NCBI GenBank assembly: GCA_963770865.1 | Contig: CAVYRD010000002.1 | Span: forward strand, 79,030 to 143,029 | DNA from: an uncultured Thermoleophilia bacterium | GTDB taxonomy: Bacteria > Actinomycetota > Thermoleophilia > Miltoncostaeales > Miltoncostaeaceae | Reading direction: 5' to 3' | DNA: 64,000 bases | Shown: piece after piece, positions 19,263 through 30,458 of the stretch | How positions within the stretch are numbered: position 1 is the first letter of the stretch | Layout: each line of letters begins with the position of its first letter | Program-made: the position numbers and the translations under genes | Notes under the pieces: generated by a model | What the model saw: the letters and a program-made list of their open reading frames with translations, nothing else | What the model was told of the DNA's origin: nothing | Databases searched by the model: none

Positions 19263-20606
19263 GCCCGGACGCGGGCGGGCCCGCCCCGCAGCGCGATCCG
19301 CTGGCGATCGCGCGCTCGCGCCCCTACGCGATGCTGCTGGTGCTGGCCGCCGTCATCGGCGTCCCGATCTCGGCCCTCGCCTACGGCTTCCTCGCCCTCG
19401 TGGACAAGATGCAGGGGTGGGTCTTCACCGATCTGCCCGACGCGCTCGGCTACGACACCCCGCCGAGCTGGTGGCCGCTCCTGCCCCTGCTCGCGGCGGG
19501 CGCGCTCGTCGGCCTGTGCATCCGCTACCTGCCCGGTCACGGCGGCGAGTCTCCGGCCGACGGCTTCCGCGCCGGGCGCGGCCCGGCGCCGCTCGCCACC
19601 CTGCCGGGCATCTTCCTCGCGGCCGTGGCGAGCATCGGACTCGGGGCGGTCATCGGCCCGGAGGCCCCGCTCATCGCGCTCGGCGGCGGCCTGTCGGCCG
19701 CGGTCGCCGGCCTGCGGCGCGAGGCGGGGCCGCCCGAGATGCGGTCGGTGCTCGGGGCGACGGGCAGCTTCGCCGCCGTGAGCGCGCTGCTCGGATCGCC
19801 GCTGGTCGGCGCCGTGCTGATGATGGAGGCGTCGGGGATCGGCGGGGCGATGATGGGACTCGTGCTCGTGCCGGGCCTGCTCGCATCCGGCGTCGGCTAC
19901 CTCGTGTTCGTCGGGCTCGACTCGCTCACGGGGCTCGGGACCTTCTCTCTGGCGCTGCCGGACGTGGCGCCGGTCGGCACCGTCCGGGTCTCCGAGCTGG
20001 CCTGGGCCGTGGGGGTCGGGGTCGGCGCGGCGCTCCTGGTCGCGTTCGTGCGCCGGCTCGCCCTGGCCCTGCGGCCCCACGTCGAGCGCCGGCTCCTGGT
20101 GATGACCCCGGCCGCCGGGCTCGCCGTGGCGGCACTCGCCATCCTCTTCGCCGAGTTCGACGGACAAGCCGTCCTCGGACGTGCTCTTCTCCGGCCAGTC
20201 CGCCCTCGGGCCGCTGGTCGCCGGCGCCGCCGGATACTCCGTCGGCGCCCTCCTCCTGCTCGGGCTCTGCAAGGCGCTCGCGTACGGCATCTCGCTCAGC
20301 GCCTTCCGCGGCGGCCCGGTGTTCCCCGCCATGTTCCTCGGCGCGGTCGGCGGCATCCTGCTCTCGCACCTGCCGGGGCTCCCGCTCATCACCGGGGTCG
20401 GGATCGGGATCGGGGCGATGCTGAGCGCGATGCTGCGCCTCCCGATCCTCTCCGTGCTGCTCACGACCGTCTTCCTGGCGGGAGCCGGGGTCAACCTGCT
20501 CCCGCCGGTGATCGTCGCGGTGGTGGTCGCCTACGCGTTCTCGGCCTGGTTCGTCCCGGCAGAGGAGCCCGCGCCCGCGCCCGCCGCCGCGGCTCGGGGG
20601 GCCTGA
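19259..20606 (+). CDS. ClC chloride channel/antiporter with +1 frameshift at ~20156 (probably a sequencing error)
   Basis: GPEAP and GGPVFP motifs lie in two frames that join when one T is removed from GTTCGAC. Confidence 0.82.
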
Positions 20607-20623
20607 GCCCCTCCCATCGACCG

Positions 20624-22624
20624 TCAGCCGGCCGCCGCGCCCCCCGCCGGGACCTGATCCGCCGCGCCCCGGGGCGCCGGCGCCGCCTCGGGAGCCATGC
20701 GGGCGCAGAGCTCGCGCAGCTCGGCGTGCCTCTCGGGGGACCAGCCGGCCAGCATCTCGGTGAGCTCGTGGCGATACGCCTCCACCAGCCGCTCGGCCGT
20801 ACGCGCGCCCTCGGGCGTGGGGCCGTCGCCGCCGACGAGGCCCGCCGCCTCCAGCTCGGCCCGCGCCGCCTCCAGGACCCCGGGCGCGATGGCCCGCGCC
20901 CGCGCCGCCCCGGCGAGGTCGAGCCCCGGCTCGGCCCGCAGCCGCACCAGCAGCCACGCCGCCGCCGGGGAGAGCCCGGCTCCGGCCCGCGCCGAGGCCG
21001 CGGCGATCGTGCTGCGCACGGCGTCGCGGCCGAGGAGCACGCCGAGCGCCCGCGTCAGCTCGCGCAGCGAGGAGCGCTCCGACGGGACCGCGAAGGCCTC
21101 CCCCACGCTGGCCGTGCGGACCGTCTCGCGCAGCGGCACCTCCCGGATCAGCCACGAGAGGCAGAAGGCCGCCGCGGAGACGACCGCCGCGATCAGGAAG
21201 ACGGTGGACAGGGCGTCCGTGAAGCCGTCGAGCACCGTGTCCCGCACGGCGGGCGGCAGCGAGGAGAGGTTGACCGACCCCGACAGCCCGCCCCTGCCCA
21301 GCGCGCCGGCAGCGTCGCCGAGGTTGGACGTCAGGCGGCTCGCGAACACCGCGCCCAGGATCGCCGTGCCCAGGGAGCCGCCGACCGACCGGAAGAGCGT
21401 CGCGCCGGAGGTCGCCGCGCCGAGGTCCTCGTAGCGCACGGCGTTCTGGACCGCGAGCACCAGCACCTGCATCGTCAGGCCGAGGCCGACGCCGAGCACC
21501 GCCATGTAGACGCCCATCACGACCTCGGGCGTGTCGACCGTCAGCCGGGAGAGCAGGAGCATCCCGACCGTCGCCAGGCCCGTGCCGACGATCGGGAACA
21601 CGCGGTAGCGGCCGGTGCGCGAGATGACCTGGCCGGTCCCGATCGACGCCAGGAGCAACCCGCCCATCAGCGGCAGCAGGTGCAGGCCCGACGCCGTCGG
21701 GCTGAGGCCCTTCACCACCTGCTGGAAGAGCGGCAGGTAGGTGATGGCGCCGAACATCGCGAAGCCGACCACGAAGCCCACGGCGCTGGTGGTGACGAAC
21801 ACCGGGTGGGTCACCAGCCCCATCGACAGGATCGGCTCGCTCGCCCGCCGCTCCACGAGCACGAACAGCACCAGGCACGCGACGCCGACCAGGCTGAGGC
21901 CGATGATGAACGGCGAGCCCCACGCGTAGTCGCGTCCGCCGAGCGTCGTCACGAGGACGATCGCGGTGAGCGCACCGGCCAGCAGGACCGTGCCGAGGTA
22001 GTCGATCGCGTGCTGGGCCCGCTCGGCGGCCGCCGGCAGCGCCACGCCCAGGACGACGAGCGCGACGGCGCCGAGCGGCAGGTTGATGAAGAAGATCCAG
22101 CGCCACGACGCGCTCGAGGTGAGGAAGCCGCCGATGAGCGGCCCTGCGACGCTCGCCGCGCCGAACACGGCGCCGAACAATCCGACATAGCGGCCGCGGT
22201 CGCGCGGGGAGACGATGTCGCCGATCGCCGCCTGGGCGCCCACCATCAGCCCGCCGCCGCCGAGCCCCTGCAGCGCGCGGAATGCGATCAACTGGCCCAT
22301 CCCCTGCGCCAGCCCGCACAGCACGGAGCCCGCGAGGAAGATGAGGACGGCCGCCTGCAGGATCACCTTGCGCCCGTAGAGGTCGCCCAGCTTGCCGTAG
22401 AGCGGGGTGGCCACGGTCTGGGCGAGCAGGTACGCCGTCACGACCCAGGAGATGTGCTCCAGGCCGCCGAGGTCGCTGACGATGGTGGGCAGCGCCGTGG
22501 CCACGATGGTCTGGTCGAGGGCGGCCAGCAGCATCACCAGCAGCAGCGCCCCGATCACGACCAGGACGCGGCGGCGCGGCGGCGCGCCCCCGTCCACGGG
22601 GACCGCGGAGACCGGCGCGCTCAC
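20624..22624 (-). CDS. DHA2/EmrB-like MFS efflux transporter with C-terminal wHTH-like extension
   Basis: [31 protein letters not shown]; soluble tail of about 150 aa. Confidence 0.9.
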   Translation of the reverse strand: MSAPVSAVPVDGGAPPRRRVLVVIGALLLVMLLAALDQTIVATALPTIVSDLGGLEHISWVVTAYLLAQTVATPLYGKLGDLYGRKVILQAAVLIFLAGSVLCGLAQGMGQLIAFRALQGLGGGGLMVGAQAAIGDIVSPRDRGRYVGLFGAVFGAASVAGPLIGGFLTSSASWRWIFFINLPLGAVALVVLGVALPAAAERAQHAIDYLGTVLLAGALTAIVLVTTLGGRDYAWGSPFIIGLSLVGVACLVLFVLVERRASEPILSMGLVTHPVFVTTSAVGFVVGFAMFGAITYLPLFQQVVKGLSPTASGLHLLPLMGGLLLASIGTGQVISRTGRYRVFPIVGTGLATVGMLLLSRLTVDTPEVVMGVYMAVLGVGLGLTMQVLVLAVQNAVRYEDLGAATSGATLFRSVGGSLGTAILGAVFASRLTSNLGDAAGALGRGGLSGSVNLSSLPPAVRDTVLDGFTDALSTVFLIAAVVSAAAFCLSWLIREVPLRETVRTASVGEAFAVPSERSSLRELTRALGVLLGRDAVRSTIAAASARAGAGLSPAAAWLLVRLRAEPGLDLAGAARARAIAPGVLEAARAELEAAGLVGGDGPTPEGARTAERLVEAYRHELTEMLAGWSPERHAELRELCARMAPEAAPAPRGAADQVPAGGAAAG

Positions 22625-23217
22625 CGGGCGCCGCGCGACCCGAAGCCGCCCAGGATCGCGCCCATCACCATGCCGGGCGCCACGTCGCGCGCGAGGGCGC
22701 CGGCGGCCACCTGGCGCACGGCCGCGCCGATGATCGCTCCGACTGCCGCGTGGACCCACTCGAGCGGCACGTCGTCGGCGAGGGCGCCGGCCCGCCGCGC
22801 GCGGTCGAGCAGCGCGGCCATCGGGCGGAACGCCGCCTCCGCCAGCTCCTGCTTGGCCGGGCTCGGCCCGTGGCGCGGCTCGCGCGCCAGCACGCGGTAG
22901 CGGTCGCCGACCTCGAAGAGGCCCTCGATCGCCCGCCCGAGCGCCTGCAACGGGTCGCCCTCCTCCAGGCGGCCGTCGGCCAGGACGGCCGCGATCTCGG
23001 CCATGGCCGCGCGCTCGATGGCGGCGGTCAGCGCGTCCCGGGTCGGGAAGTGGCGGTAGACCGTGGCGCGGCCGAGGCCGGCCGCGTCCGCCACGTCCTG
23101 CATCGTGGCCTCCGGGTCGTCCGCGAGCACGCGGGTCGCCGCCGCGACGATCTGCGCCTCGTTGCGCAGGACGTCGCGGCGGCGGCCCTCGACGGCCGGC
23201 TCACTCGGGCTCGACAA
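22621..23217 (-). CDS. TetR-family regulator
   Basis: [23 protein letters not shown]. Confidence 0.92.
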   Translation of the reverse strand: MSSPSEPAVEGRRRDVLRNEAQIVAAATRVLADDPEATMQDVADAAGLGRATVYRHFPTRDALTAAIERAAMAEIAAVLADGRLEEGDPLQALGRAIEGLFEVGDRYRVLAREPRHGPSPAKQELAEAAFRPMAALLDRARRAGALADDVPLEWVHAAVGAIIGAAVRQVAAGALARDVAPGMVMGAILGGFGSRGAR

Positions 23218-25438
23218 CCGGCTCCCCGGGACGGATGACCGGGGCCGGCACGGGCGCCGGCACCGAGGGCGGCTCGATGGTGACGCGCGGGACGACGCGG
23301 TCGAGCCACCGCGGCATGTACCAGGCGCGGTCGCCCAGGATCGTCATCACGGCGGGCACGATGACCATCCGCACCACGAAGGCGTCGATGGCGATGGCGA
23401 TGCCCAGGCCGAGGCCGAACTCCTTGATCGCCCGCTCGTCACCCAGCAGGAAGCTGAAGAAGACCGAGCACATGATGAGCGCGCAGGCCACGACGACCTT
23501 GCCGATGGCCGCGATGCCGCGGTCGATGGACCGCGACGCCGAGTGCCCCGCGACGTGCTCCTCGCGGATGCGGCTCATGATGAACACCTCGTAGTCGGTC
23601 GAGAGGCCGAAGAGGATCGCGAACACGATCACGGGCAGGAACGACTCGATCGGCCCCGTGCTGTCCACCCCGATCAGGCCCGCGCCCCAGCCGTGCTGGA
23701 AGACCGCGACCAGCACGCCGAAGGCGGCGAGCGCCGAGAGGGCCGTGGTGAGGGCCGCCTTCGCGGCGACCACGACGGAGCGGAACGCCATCGTGATCAG
23801 CACGAAGATGATCCCGATCACCACGGCGAGGAACACCAGCTGGCGCCCCTCGAGGATCGAGGCGATGTCCTCGAACACGGCGGTCTGGCCGCCGACGTAC
23901 GCGCGGGCCCTGCTCCCGTCCAGCGCCGCGGGGATGACGTCGCTGCGCAGGTGGTGCACGAGCGCCGCGGTCTCCTCGGACTGCGGCGAGGTGCTGGGGA
24001 AGGCGGTGACGACGGCCGTGTCCCTGGCGGCGTTGAACGCCGGGTCGGCGACCGACACGACGCCGTCGGCGCCCCGGACGGCCGCGGCCACCCGGGTGGC
24101 CGCACCGGGGTCGCCGGCCTGGTCGACCGCGACGATCAGCGGGCCGTTGAAGCCCGGGCCGAAGCCCTCGGCCAGCAGGTCGTAGGCCTTGCGGGTGGTG
24201 GTGCCCGCCGGGTTCGAGCCGGCGTCGCTGGAGCCGAGATGCACGCTGAGCACGGGCAGCGCGAGGGCGATCAGGACCAGGACCGCGACACCCCCGGTGG
24301 CCCACGGGCGGGCCGTGACCCAGCGGCCGAAGCGCGCGACCCGCGAGCGCTCGCGCGCCGCCTCCGAGTCGTCGCGGTGGCTCATGAACGGCAGGCGGCC
24401 CTTGTCGATGCGGTGCCCCAGCAGCCCGAGGATGGCGGGCAGCAGGGTCACGGCCGCGAGGACGGCGACGGCCACGGTGATGGCGGCGCCGAGGCCCATC
24501 TTGGTGATGAAGTCGATCCCGAGCAGGGCGAGCGACGAGATCGAGATCGCCACGGTGATGCCGGCGAAGATCACCGCGCGACCGGCGGTCGCCGCCGCCG
24601 TCGTGGCCGCGTTGACCGGGGACTGGCCGTCGTGCAGCGCCTGCCGGAAGCGGGTGACGATGAACAGCGAGTAGTCGATCCCCACGCCGAGCCCGATCAT
24701 CACGGCGAGCGTCGCGGTGATCTCGTTGAACGACCAGAAGCCCGCCGCGAGGGTGATCAGGAGCGAGCCGGTGATCACCGAGCCGACGGCGATCAGGACC
24801 GGCAGGCTCATCGCCACCAGGGTCCCGAGCAACACGATCAGGATGACGATCGCGGCCAGCAGGCCGACGATCTCGCTGATGCCGGTCAACGGCTGGCTGT
24901 CGCCGATCACCGGGCCGCCGAACTCGACCTGGACGCCGCCCTGTTCGGCGATCGCCCGCGCCCCGGCCTCCAGCTCGTTGACCGTCACGCGGTCGATCTC
25001 CGAGGCCTTCCGGGAGAACTGGACGTCGGCGTAGGCGATGCGGCCGTCGCTGCTCACCTGGCCGGAGCCGGCGGCGAGCGGGTCGGCGACGCCGGTCACG
25101 CCGGGCACCGTCCGGGCCGCCGCGACCGCCTTCTCGACTGTCGCGCGGGCCGCGCCCCGGTCGATGCGCCCGGACCGCACCGCGAACACCATCTGTGCCG
25201 AGTCGCCCGAGCGGGCGGCGAAGCGGGTCTCGAGGAGGGTCGTGGCCCGCTGCGAGTCGGAGCCGGGCAGGGAGAACTCGTCGGAGAACGTGCCCCCGAG
25301 GCTCGCGCTGAGCACGACGACCGACATGAGGGCGACGACCCACACGCCGATCGTGCGCCAGCCGTGGGCGGCGCATGCGTGGGCGAAGCGCGCGAGCGCT
25401 CCCGAGCGGACGACGGGTTCGTGGTGACCGTTCGGCAC
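23201..25438 (-). CDS. MMPL family transporter
   Basis: GVGIDYSLFIVTRFR, GFGPGFNGP, FGLSTDYEVF. Confidence 0.92.
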   Translation of the reverse strand: MPNGHHEPVVRSGALARFAHACAAHGWRTIGVWVVALMSVVVLSASLGGTFSDEFSLPGSDSQRATTLLETRFAARSGDSAQMVFAVRSGRIDRGAARATVEKAVAAARTVPGVTGVADPLAAGSGQVSSDGRIAYADVQFSRKASEIDRVTVNELEAGARAIAEQGGVQVEFGGPVIGDSQPLTGISEIVGLLAAIVILIVLLGTLVAMSLPVLIAVGSVITGSLLITLAAGFWSFNEITATLAVMIGLGVGIDYSLFIVTRFRQALHDGQSPVNAATTAAATAGRAVIFAGITVAISISSLALLGIDFITKMGLGAAITVAVAVLAAVTLLPAILGLLGHRIDKGRLPFMSHRDDSEAARERSRVARFGRWVTARPWATGGVAVLVLIALALPVLSVHLGSSDAGSNPAGTTTRKAYDLLAEGFGPGFNGPLIVAVDQAGDPGAATRVAAAVRGADGVVSVADPAFNAARDTAVVTAFPSTSPQSEETAALVHHLRSDVIPAALDGSRARAYVGGQTAVFEDIASILEGRQLVFLAVVIGIIFVLITMAFRSVVVAAKAALTTALSALAAFGVLVAVFQHGWGAGLIGVDSTGPIESFLPVIVFAILFGLSTDYEVFIMSRIREEHVAGHSASRSIDRGIAAIGKVVVACALIMCSVFFSFLLGDERAIKEFGLGLGIAIAIDAFVVRMVIVPAVMTILGDRAWYMPRWLDRVVPRVTIEPPSVPAPVPAPVIRPGEPVVEPE

Positions 25439-25467
25439 GGGGGTACCGTCCTCGGTGGTTGTGGTCC

Positions 25468-25493
25468 GATGTGAGATTTCGCTGTCTCACATC
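25468..25493. promoter_or_regulatory. Probable TetR operator upstream of the MMPL-TetR-MFS operon
   Basis: Perfect inverted repeat GATGTGAGA-N8-TCTCACATC. Confidence 0.7.
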
Positions 25494-25697
25494 CTGCGGG
25501 CCACAGGGAATCGCACCGCCGGACGCGGCGCAAGTGTCCGCGGGCGCGGCTTCACCGTCCCTGAACCTGCGGCGGCGGGTTTGGGAAGCGGCGCGCGGCG
25601 GAACAGATGCGCCGATGACGCACCGAGGGAGAGGCGGTGGCGGGCGGGGCGCGGGCGGGCGGGCGGCCGGGCGGCGCGTGGGGCGAGGAGCTGTCCG

Positions 25698-26040
25698 AGC
25701 ATCGCCCCGACGGACGAGATCCCGATGATCGCCGTCGCGCTGACCCCGCCCCGGCTCCTGCTCATCGCCGGGGTGTCGCCGGTCGTCTCGTACGCGATCG
25801 TGTTCGAGGCCGACATCTCCGACCAGGCGGGCCGGCGCCGCCACGAGCGCCTCTTCCAGCGCCCCTTCGCGGAGACGGCGGCGGCCTACGCGATCTCCCT
25901 CGTCGCCGCGGCGCTCATGCTGCTCTTCTTCCAGCGCATCGGTCCCGACCAGTCGCGGGGGACCTGGGTCGCCTACACCGTCGTCCTCGGCCTGCCCGCG
26001 ACCATCGGCGGCGCCGCGGGCCGCCTGGCCGTACCTACGC
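25698..26040 (+). pseudogene. C-terminal remnant of a DUF2391/TIGR02587-like membrane protein
   Basis: IAPTDEIPMIA...LGLPATIGGAAGRLAV; N-terminal half and native stop missing. Confidence 0.65.
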
Positions 26041-28263
26041 GGAGCGCTGACGGGGCCGCCCCGGCCAGTGGCCGACGTCGCCGACCAGCACGATCAGCGC
26101 CGGCACGAGCACCGACCGCACGACGAAGGCGTCGATCAGCACACCCACGCCCATCACGAAGGCGAACTGGCGCATCGCGTCGATCGGGACGACGGCCAGG
26201 AGGGCGAAGCTCGCCGCCAGCACCACGCCCGCCACGGCGATCGCCGGACCCGAGCGCGCGCCCACGCGCAGCAGGGCCTCCGGCATCCCGCCGGGGCGCG
26301 CCTCCTCCCAGACCTGGCCCACCAGGAAGATGTTGTAGTCGGAGCCCAGGGCCAGGAGCAGCACCGCCGTCGCGAACGGGATGTAGTAGACGATCTGGCC
26401 CTGGTCCAGCACGTCCTGGAAGAGATAGGTCGCCAGGCCGAGCGACGCCGCCACGCTGAGGGCGCTGGCCGCCAGCAGGTAGAGCGGGGCCACCAGGGCG
26501 CGCAGGAAGACGGCGAGCAGGACGAGGTTGACGAGCGCGGCCACGATCCCCACGCGCAGGAGCTCGCCGCTGGTGGCGTTGACCGTGGCGGTCGCGAGCG
26601 CCGAGTCGCCGGCCAGCGACGCGCTCGCCTCGCCGAGGCCGGCCGCGGCGAGCAGCCCGGGCAGGCGGTCCTGCAGCGTGCGGATCGCCCGGATGGCCTG
26701 GTGCTCGGTGGGGTCGTCGCGCAGCACCACCAGCATGCGCGCGGCGTTCCCGTCCTTCGTCGTGAGCACGTCCTCGAGCGGGGTGGCCCGCACCGGGTCG
26801 CCGGGACCCACGACCTCGGCGACGCCCGGCTGGCCGCGCAGCGCCGACTGCAGGCGCCCGAGGGCGGCCGGGTCGGACGCGACGCCCGGCCCCTCGAGCA
26901 GCAGCTCGGTGGGGCCGCGCACGCCCGGCGGGAAGCCGGCGTCGATCGCGTCGGCGGCCGCGCGCGCGCCGGCGTCCACCGGCAGGCCGCTCGTGAGGCC
27001 GGTCCCCAGGGTCGTCTCGCGCAGCCCGGTGGCGGCGGCCAGCAGCAGGCCCACGGTCAGCACCGCCGCGACGAGCGCGGCCGGCCGGCGGCTCAGCAGC
27101 CGCAGCGACGCCGGGGCGCGGTCGGCGTCGCCGCGGGCGCGGGAGCGCCCGCGGGCCACGCGCCCCCCGGCGATCGACAGCAGGGCCGGCATCAGCGTCA
27201 GCGCCACGACCATCCCGACCAGGGCGGTCACGGCCAGCCCGGGGCCGAACGAGCGGAAGAAGTCGATGCCACCCACCAGCAGCGCGGCCGTCCCCGCCGC
27301 CACCGTGATGCCGGCCGTCGCCACGATCGGCGCGTAGCGGCCGGCCGCGGCGCGGGCCGCCTCGCGCGGCGTGTCGCCGGCCTCCAGCCGGCCGCGCACG
27401 CCGAACAGGTAGAAGAGCGAGTAGTCGGTCACCACCCCCAGCAGCAGGGCCGCGACCACCGGCTCGAGGTCGGCCGACGCCGGGATGCCCGTCCGCTCGG
27501 CGACCCAGGCGATGAGGGGGAGGTTGACGAGGTAGGCGACCGCGGCCGTCGCCAGCGTCAGGAGCGGCGCCACGACGGTGCGGAACACGAGCCCGGCGAT
27601 CAGCGCGATGGCGGCGAGCGTCGCCAGCACCACCCAGCCGATGCGGTCCTGGATGATCGCGAACTGCTGGTTGCGGGCCGGGCCGGTCCCCGTGACGCCC
27701 GACAGCGTCCCCTGCCCGCCGCGCAGCGACCGGGCGAAGCGGTCGGCCACGGTCTCCGCCCGCGAGGGAGAGGTGTCGGGCCGGACGAAGAGGTAGGTCA
27801 CCGCCGTCGTCCCCGCCTGCCCGGGCGCCGCCGCCAGGCCGAGGTCGTCCACCAGGGGGACGGCTGCGGCGATGTCGGCGAGCTCAGGGTCGCGGCGCTG
27901 GTTCACGTCGAGGACGCGGTCGAGCAGCTCCTGACGGTCGGTCCCGCTGAGGCCCGCCGGGTCGCGCTGCACCACCAGGGTGCGCGAGATCAGCGGGTAG
28001 CCGAAGAGCTCGGCCGAGCGCGCCTCCGCCCGGAGGGCCGGGGCGTCGTCGGGGACCGGGATGCCGAGGTCGCCCGCGTCGGTGCCGAGCGTCGGCAGGT
28101 AGACCGTGGCGGCCGCGGCGATCGCGATCCAGGCCACGATCACCGGGTAGCGCAGCGGCCCGGCGACCAGCGCGGCCAGCCGGCCGAGCAGCCGGGGCGG
28201 GGGCTCGGGCGCGGGCGGCGCCACGGGGGGCGCAGACGCGGGCGGTCCGGACGAGGTGATCAT
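26035..28263 (-). CDS. MMPL family transporter (second)
   Basis: GVVTDYSLF, LGSDYNIFL, DAFVVRSVLVP. Confidence 0.9.
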   Translation of the reverse strand: MITSSGPPASAPPVAPPAPEPPPRLLGRLAALVAGPLRYPVIVAWIAIAAAATVYLPTLGTDAGDLGIPVPDDAPALRAEARSAELFGYPLISRTLVVQRDPAGLSGTDRQELLDRVLDVNQRRDPELADIAAAVPLVDDLGLAAAPGQAGTTAVTYLFVRPDTSPSRAETVADRFARSLRGGQGTLSGVTGTGPARNQQFAIIQDRIGWVVLATLAAIALIAGLVFRTVVAPLLTLATAAVAYLVNLPLIAWVAERTGIPASADLEPVVAALLLGVVTDYSLFYLFGVRGRLEAGDTPREAARAAAGRYAPIVATAGITVAAGTAALLVGGIDFFRSFGPGLAVTALVGMVVALTLMPALLSIAGGRVARGRSRARGDADRAPASLRLLSRRPAALVAAVLTVGLLLAAATGLRETTLGTGLTSGLPVDAGARAAADAIDAGFPPGVRGPTELLLEGPGVASDPAALGRLQSALRGQPGVAEVVGPGDPVRATPLEDVLTTKDGNAARMLVVLRDDPTEHQAIRAIRTLQDRLPGLLAAAGLGEASASLAGDSALATATVNATSGELLRVGIVAALVNLVLLAVFLRALVAPLYLLAASALSVAASLGLATYLFQDVLDQGQIVYYIPFATAVLLLALGSDYNIFLVGQVWEEARPGGMPEALLRVGARSGPAIAVAGVVLAASFALLAVVPIDAMRQFAFVMGVGVLIDAFVVRSVLVPALIVLVGDVGHWPGRPRQRSA

Positions 28264-28344
28264 GGCGACGCCCTCCTACCCGCTTTCCGGCCCTGGTGAT
28301 CCCCCCGGGGGCGCGGCGGCGCCCCGCGGTGCGAGGATTACGCG

Positions 28345-29340
28345 ATGGAGCGGCGACGGCTGGGCGCGAGCGGCCCCGAGACATCGGCCCTCGGCCTCGG
28401 GTGCATGGGGATGTCGGATCTCTACGGGCCGGCCGACCGCGACGCGGCCATCGCGACCATCCACGCCGCTCTCGACGCCGGGATCACGCTGCTCGACACC
28501 GGCGACTTCTACGGCATGGGCCACAACGAGATGCTGATCCGCGACGCCCTGCGGGGGCGCCCGCGCGACGCGGTGCAGATCAGCGTCAAGTTCGGCGCCC
28601 AGCGCGACCCGGCGGGCAACTGGGTGGGCCACGACGCCCGGCCCTCCTCCGTGAAGTCGTCGCTGGCCTACACGCTGCGCCGCCTCGACACCGACCACGT
28701 CGACGTCTACCGCCCGGCGCGCGTCGACCCGGACGTGCCGATCGAGGAGACCGTCGGCGCCATCGCGGAGATGGTGGAGGCCGGCTACGTCCGCCACATC
28801 GGGCTGTCCGAGGCCGGCGCCGATACGGTCCGGCGGGCCGCCGCCACCCACCCGATCTGCGACCTCCAGATCGAGTACTCGCTCATCTCGCGCGGCCTGG
28901 AGGAGGAGGTCCTGCCCGCATGCCGCGAGCTCGGCGTCGCGATCACGGCCTACGGGGTCCTCTCGCGGGGGCTGCTGTCCGGGCACTGGAGCCCCGACCG
29001 CGAGACGACCGGCGACTTCCGCGCCGGGCTGCCGCGCTTCCAGGGCGAGAACCTGCGGCACAACCTCGCGCTGGTGGAGGCGCTGCGCGGCGTGGCCGAG
29101 GAGCGCGGGGCGACCGTCGCGCAGGTCGCCATCGCCTGGGTGGCCGGGCGCGGCGACGACATCGTCCCGCTGATCGGCGCCCGCCGGCCGGAGCGGCTCG
29201 GCGAGTCGCTCGGGGCGCTCGAGCTCGATCTCGGGCCGGACGACCTCGCGCGCATCGAGGCGGCGGTGCCGCCCGGCGCGGCGGTGGGCGACCGCTACTC
29301 CGAGGCGCAGATGGCCCTCCTCGACAGCGAGCACGCATAG
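28345..29340 (+). CDS. Aldo/keto reductase
   Basis: GLGCMGM, DTGDFYG, IGLSE, QIEYSL. Confidence 0.93.
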   Translation: MERRRLGASGPETSALGLGCMGMSDLYGPADRDAAIATIHAALDAGITLLDTGDFYGMGHNEMLIRDALRGRPRDAVQISVKFGAQRDPAGNWVGHDARPSSVKSSLAYTLRRLDTDHVDVYRPARVDPDVPIEETVGAIAEMVEAGYVRHIGLSEAGADTVRRAAATHPICDLQIEYSLISRGLEEEVLPACRELGVAITAYGVLSRGLLSGHWSPDRETTGDFRAGLPRFQGENLRHNLALVEALRGVAEERGATVAQVAIAWVAGRGDDIVPLIGARRPERLGESLGALELDLGPDDLARIEAAVPPGAAVGDRYSEAQMALLDSEHA

Positions 29341-29831
29341 CCGCGGGCGCCCCGCCGGCCCCGGGCGCGCGGCTCTACCTCGCGTACCTGGCCGAGCCGG
29401 CCGTCGAGGGGCGGCGCGCGCCGCGCGCCCCGGCGCACATCACGCTGGTGCCGCCGTTCGCGGCGGAGCTCCCGACGGCGCTCGCCGCGCTGGAGGCGGG
29501 GCTTGCCGGCGAGCGGCCGTTCGCGGTGCGCCTCGGCGAGCGGGCGCGGTTCGGGCCGCGCAGGGACGTCCCGGTCCTGCTCGTCGCCCCCGTGGCGGAC
29601 CTGCGGCGCCTGCACGAGCGGCTGATGGCGGCGCTGGCGGACCGGGGCGTCGCGCTCGCGGCGAGCCGCCACGTCCACGACGGGTTCGTCCCGCACATCA
29701 GGCTCCGCCACGCCGGCGCGGACCTGCGGCGCGGCCGCGACCTGGTGGTCGACCACGTGGCGCTGGTGCACAGCGGCGACGGCGCGACCACCGTCCTCGC
29801 CACCCGGCCCCTGGCGCACGCGGCCGGTTAG
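29337..29831 (+). CDS. 2H phosphoesterase / 2'-5' RNA ligase family (no canonical start)
   Basis: HITL and PHIRL motifs. Confidence 0.65.
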   Translation: MAAGAPPAPGARLYLAYLAEPAVEGRRAPRAPAHITLVPPFAAELPTALAALEAGLAGERPFAVRLGERARFGPRRDVPVLLVAPVADLRRLHERLMAALADRGVALAASRHVHDGFVPHIRLRHAGADLRRGRDLVVDHVALVHSGDGATTVLATRPLAHAAG

Positions 29832-29832
29832 G

Positions 29833-30417
29833 GTGGGCGGCGTGGAGGTGACGCGCGACAACGCCTGGGCCACGCTGACGCGCTACACGCAGGGCGAGTC
29901 GCTGCGGCGCCACGCGCTGGCCGTCGAGGCGTCGGTGCGCTCCTACGCGCGCCGCGCCGGCGAGGACGAGGAGTACTGGGCCGCCGCCGCGCTGCTGCAC
30001 GACTTCGACTACGAGATGCACCCGACCCTCGACCGGCACCCCCAGGACGGAGCGCCGATCCTGCGCGAGGAGGGCTGGCCCGAGGACATCGTCGAGACGG
30101 TCCTCTCCCACGCCGAGCACCTCGGCCTGCCGCGCGACACGCCGCTCAAGCGGACGCTGTTCGCGTGCGACGAGCTCTCGGGCTTCGTCCACGCCTGCGG
30201 CCTCGTGCGGCCGACCGGCCTCGAGGGGCTCACCCCGAAGTCGGTGCGCAAGAAGCTGAAGCAGCCCTCGTTCGCGGCCGGCGTGAACCGCGAGGAGGTG
30301 GCCCAGGGGGCGGAGCTGCTCGGGCTGGAGCTCGACGAGCACATCGCCAACGTGATCGCCGCCCTCCAGCCGATCGCCGGGGAGCTCGGGCTGCCCGCGG
30401 GGGACGGGTCCGGGTAG
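29833..30417 (+). CDS. HD-domain (HDIG-like) hydrolase
   Basis: H...LLHDFDYE...H...DELSGF. Confidence 0.88.
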   Translation: MGGVEVTRDNAWATLTRYTQGESLRRHALAVEASVRSYARRAGEDEEYWAAAALLHDFDYEMHPTLDRHPQDGAPILREEGWPEDIVETVLSHAEHLGLPRDTPLKRTLFACDELSGFVHACGLVRPTGLEGLTPKSVRKKLKQPSFAAGVNREEVAQGAELLGLELDEHIANVIAALQPIAGELGLPAGDGSG

Positions 30418-30458
30418 CGGCGCGCGGGGGTGGGCGCGGGCGGCGGTAGCCTTCACGC

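Noticed and set aside
19259-20606. Fluoride-specific CLC-F exporter
   Set aside because: Lacks the GNNLI/GREGT/GEVTP signatures.
18824-22900. 1358-aa ORF as a giant fusion protein
   Set aside because: It is the ClC N-terminal part running, after the frameshift at ~20156, into the antisense frame of the MFS gene.
25495-25697. Possible ncRNA in a 200-bp intergenic stretch
   Set aside because: No recognisable family motif or convincing structure; more likely promoter plus decayed gene sequence.
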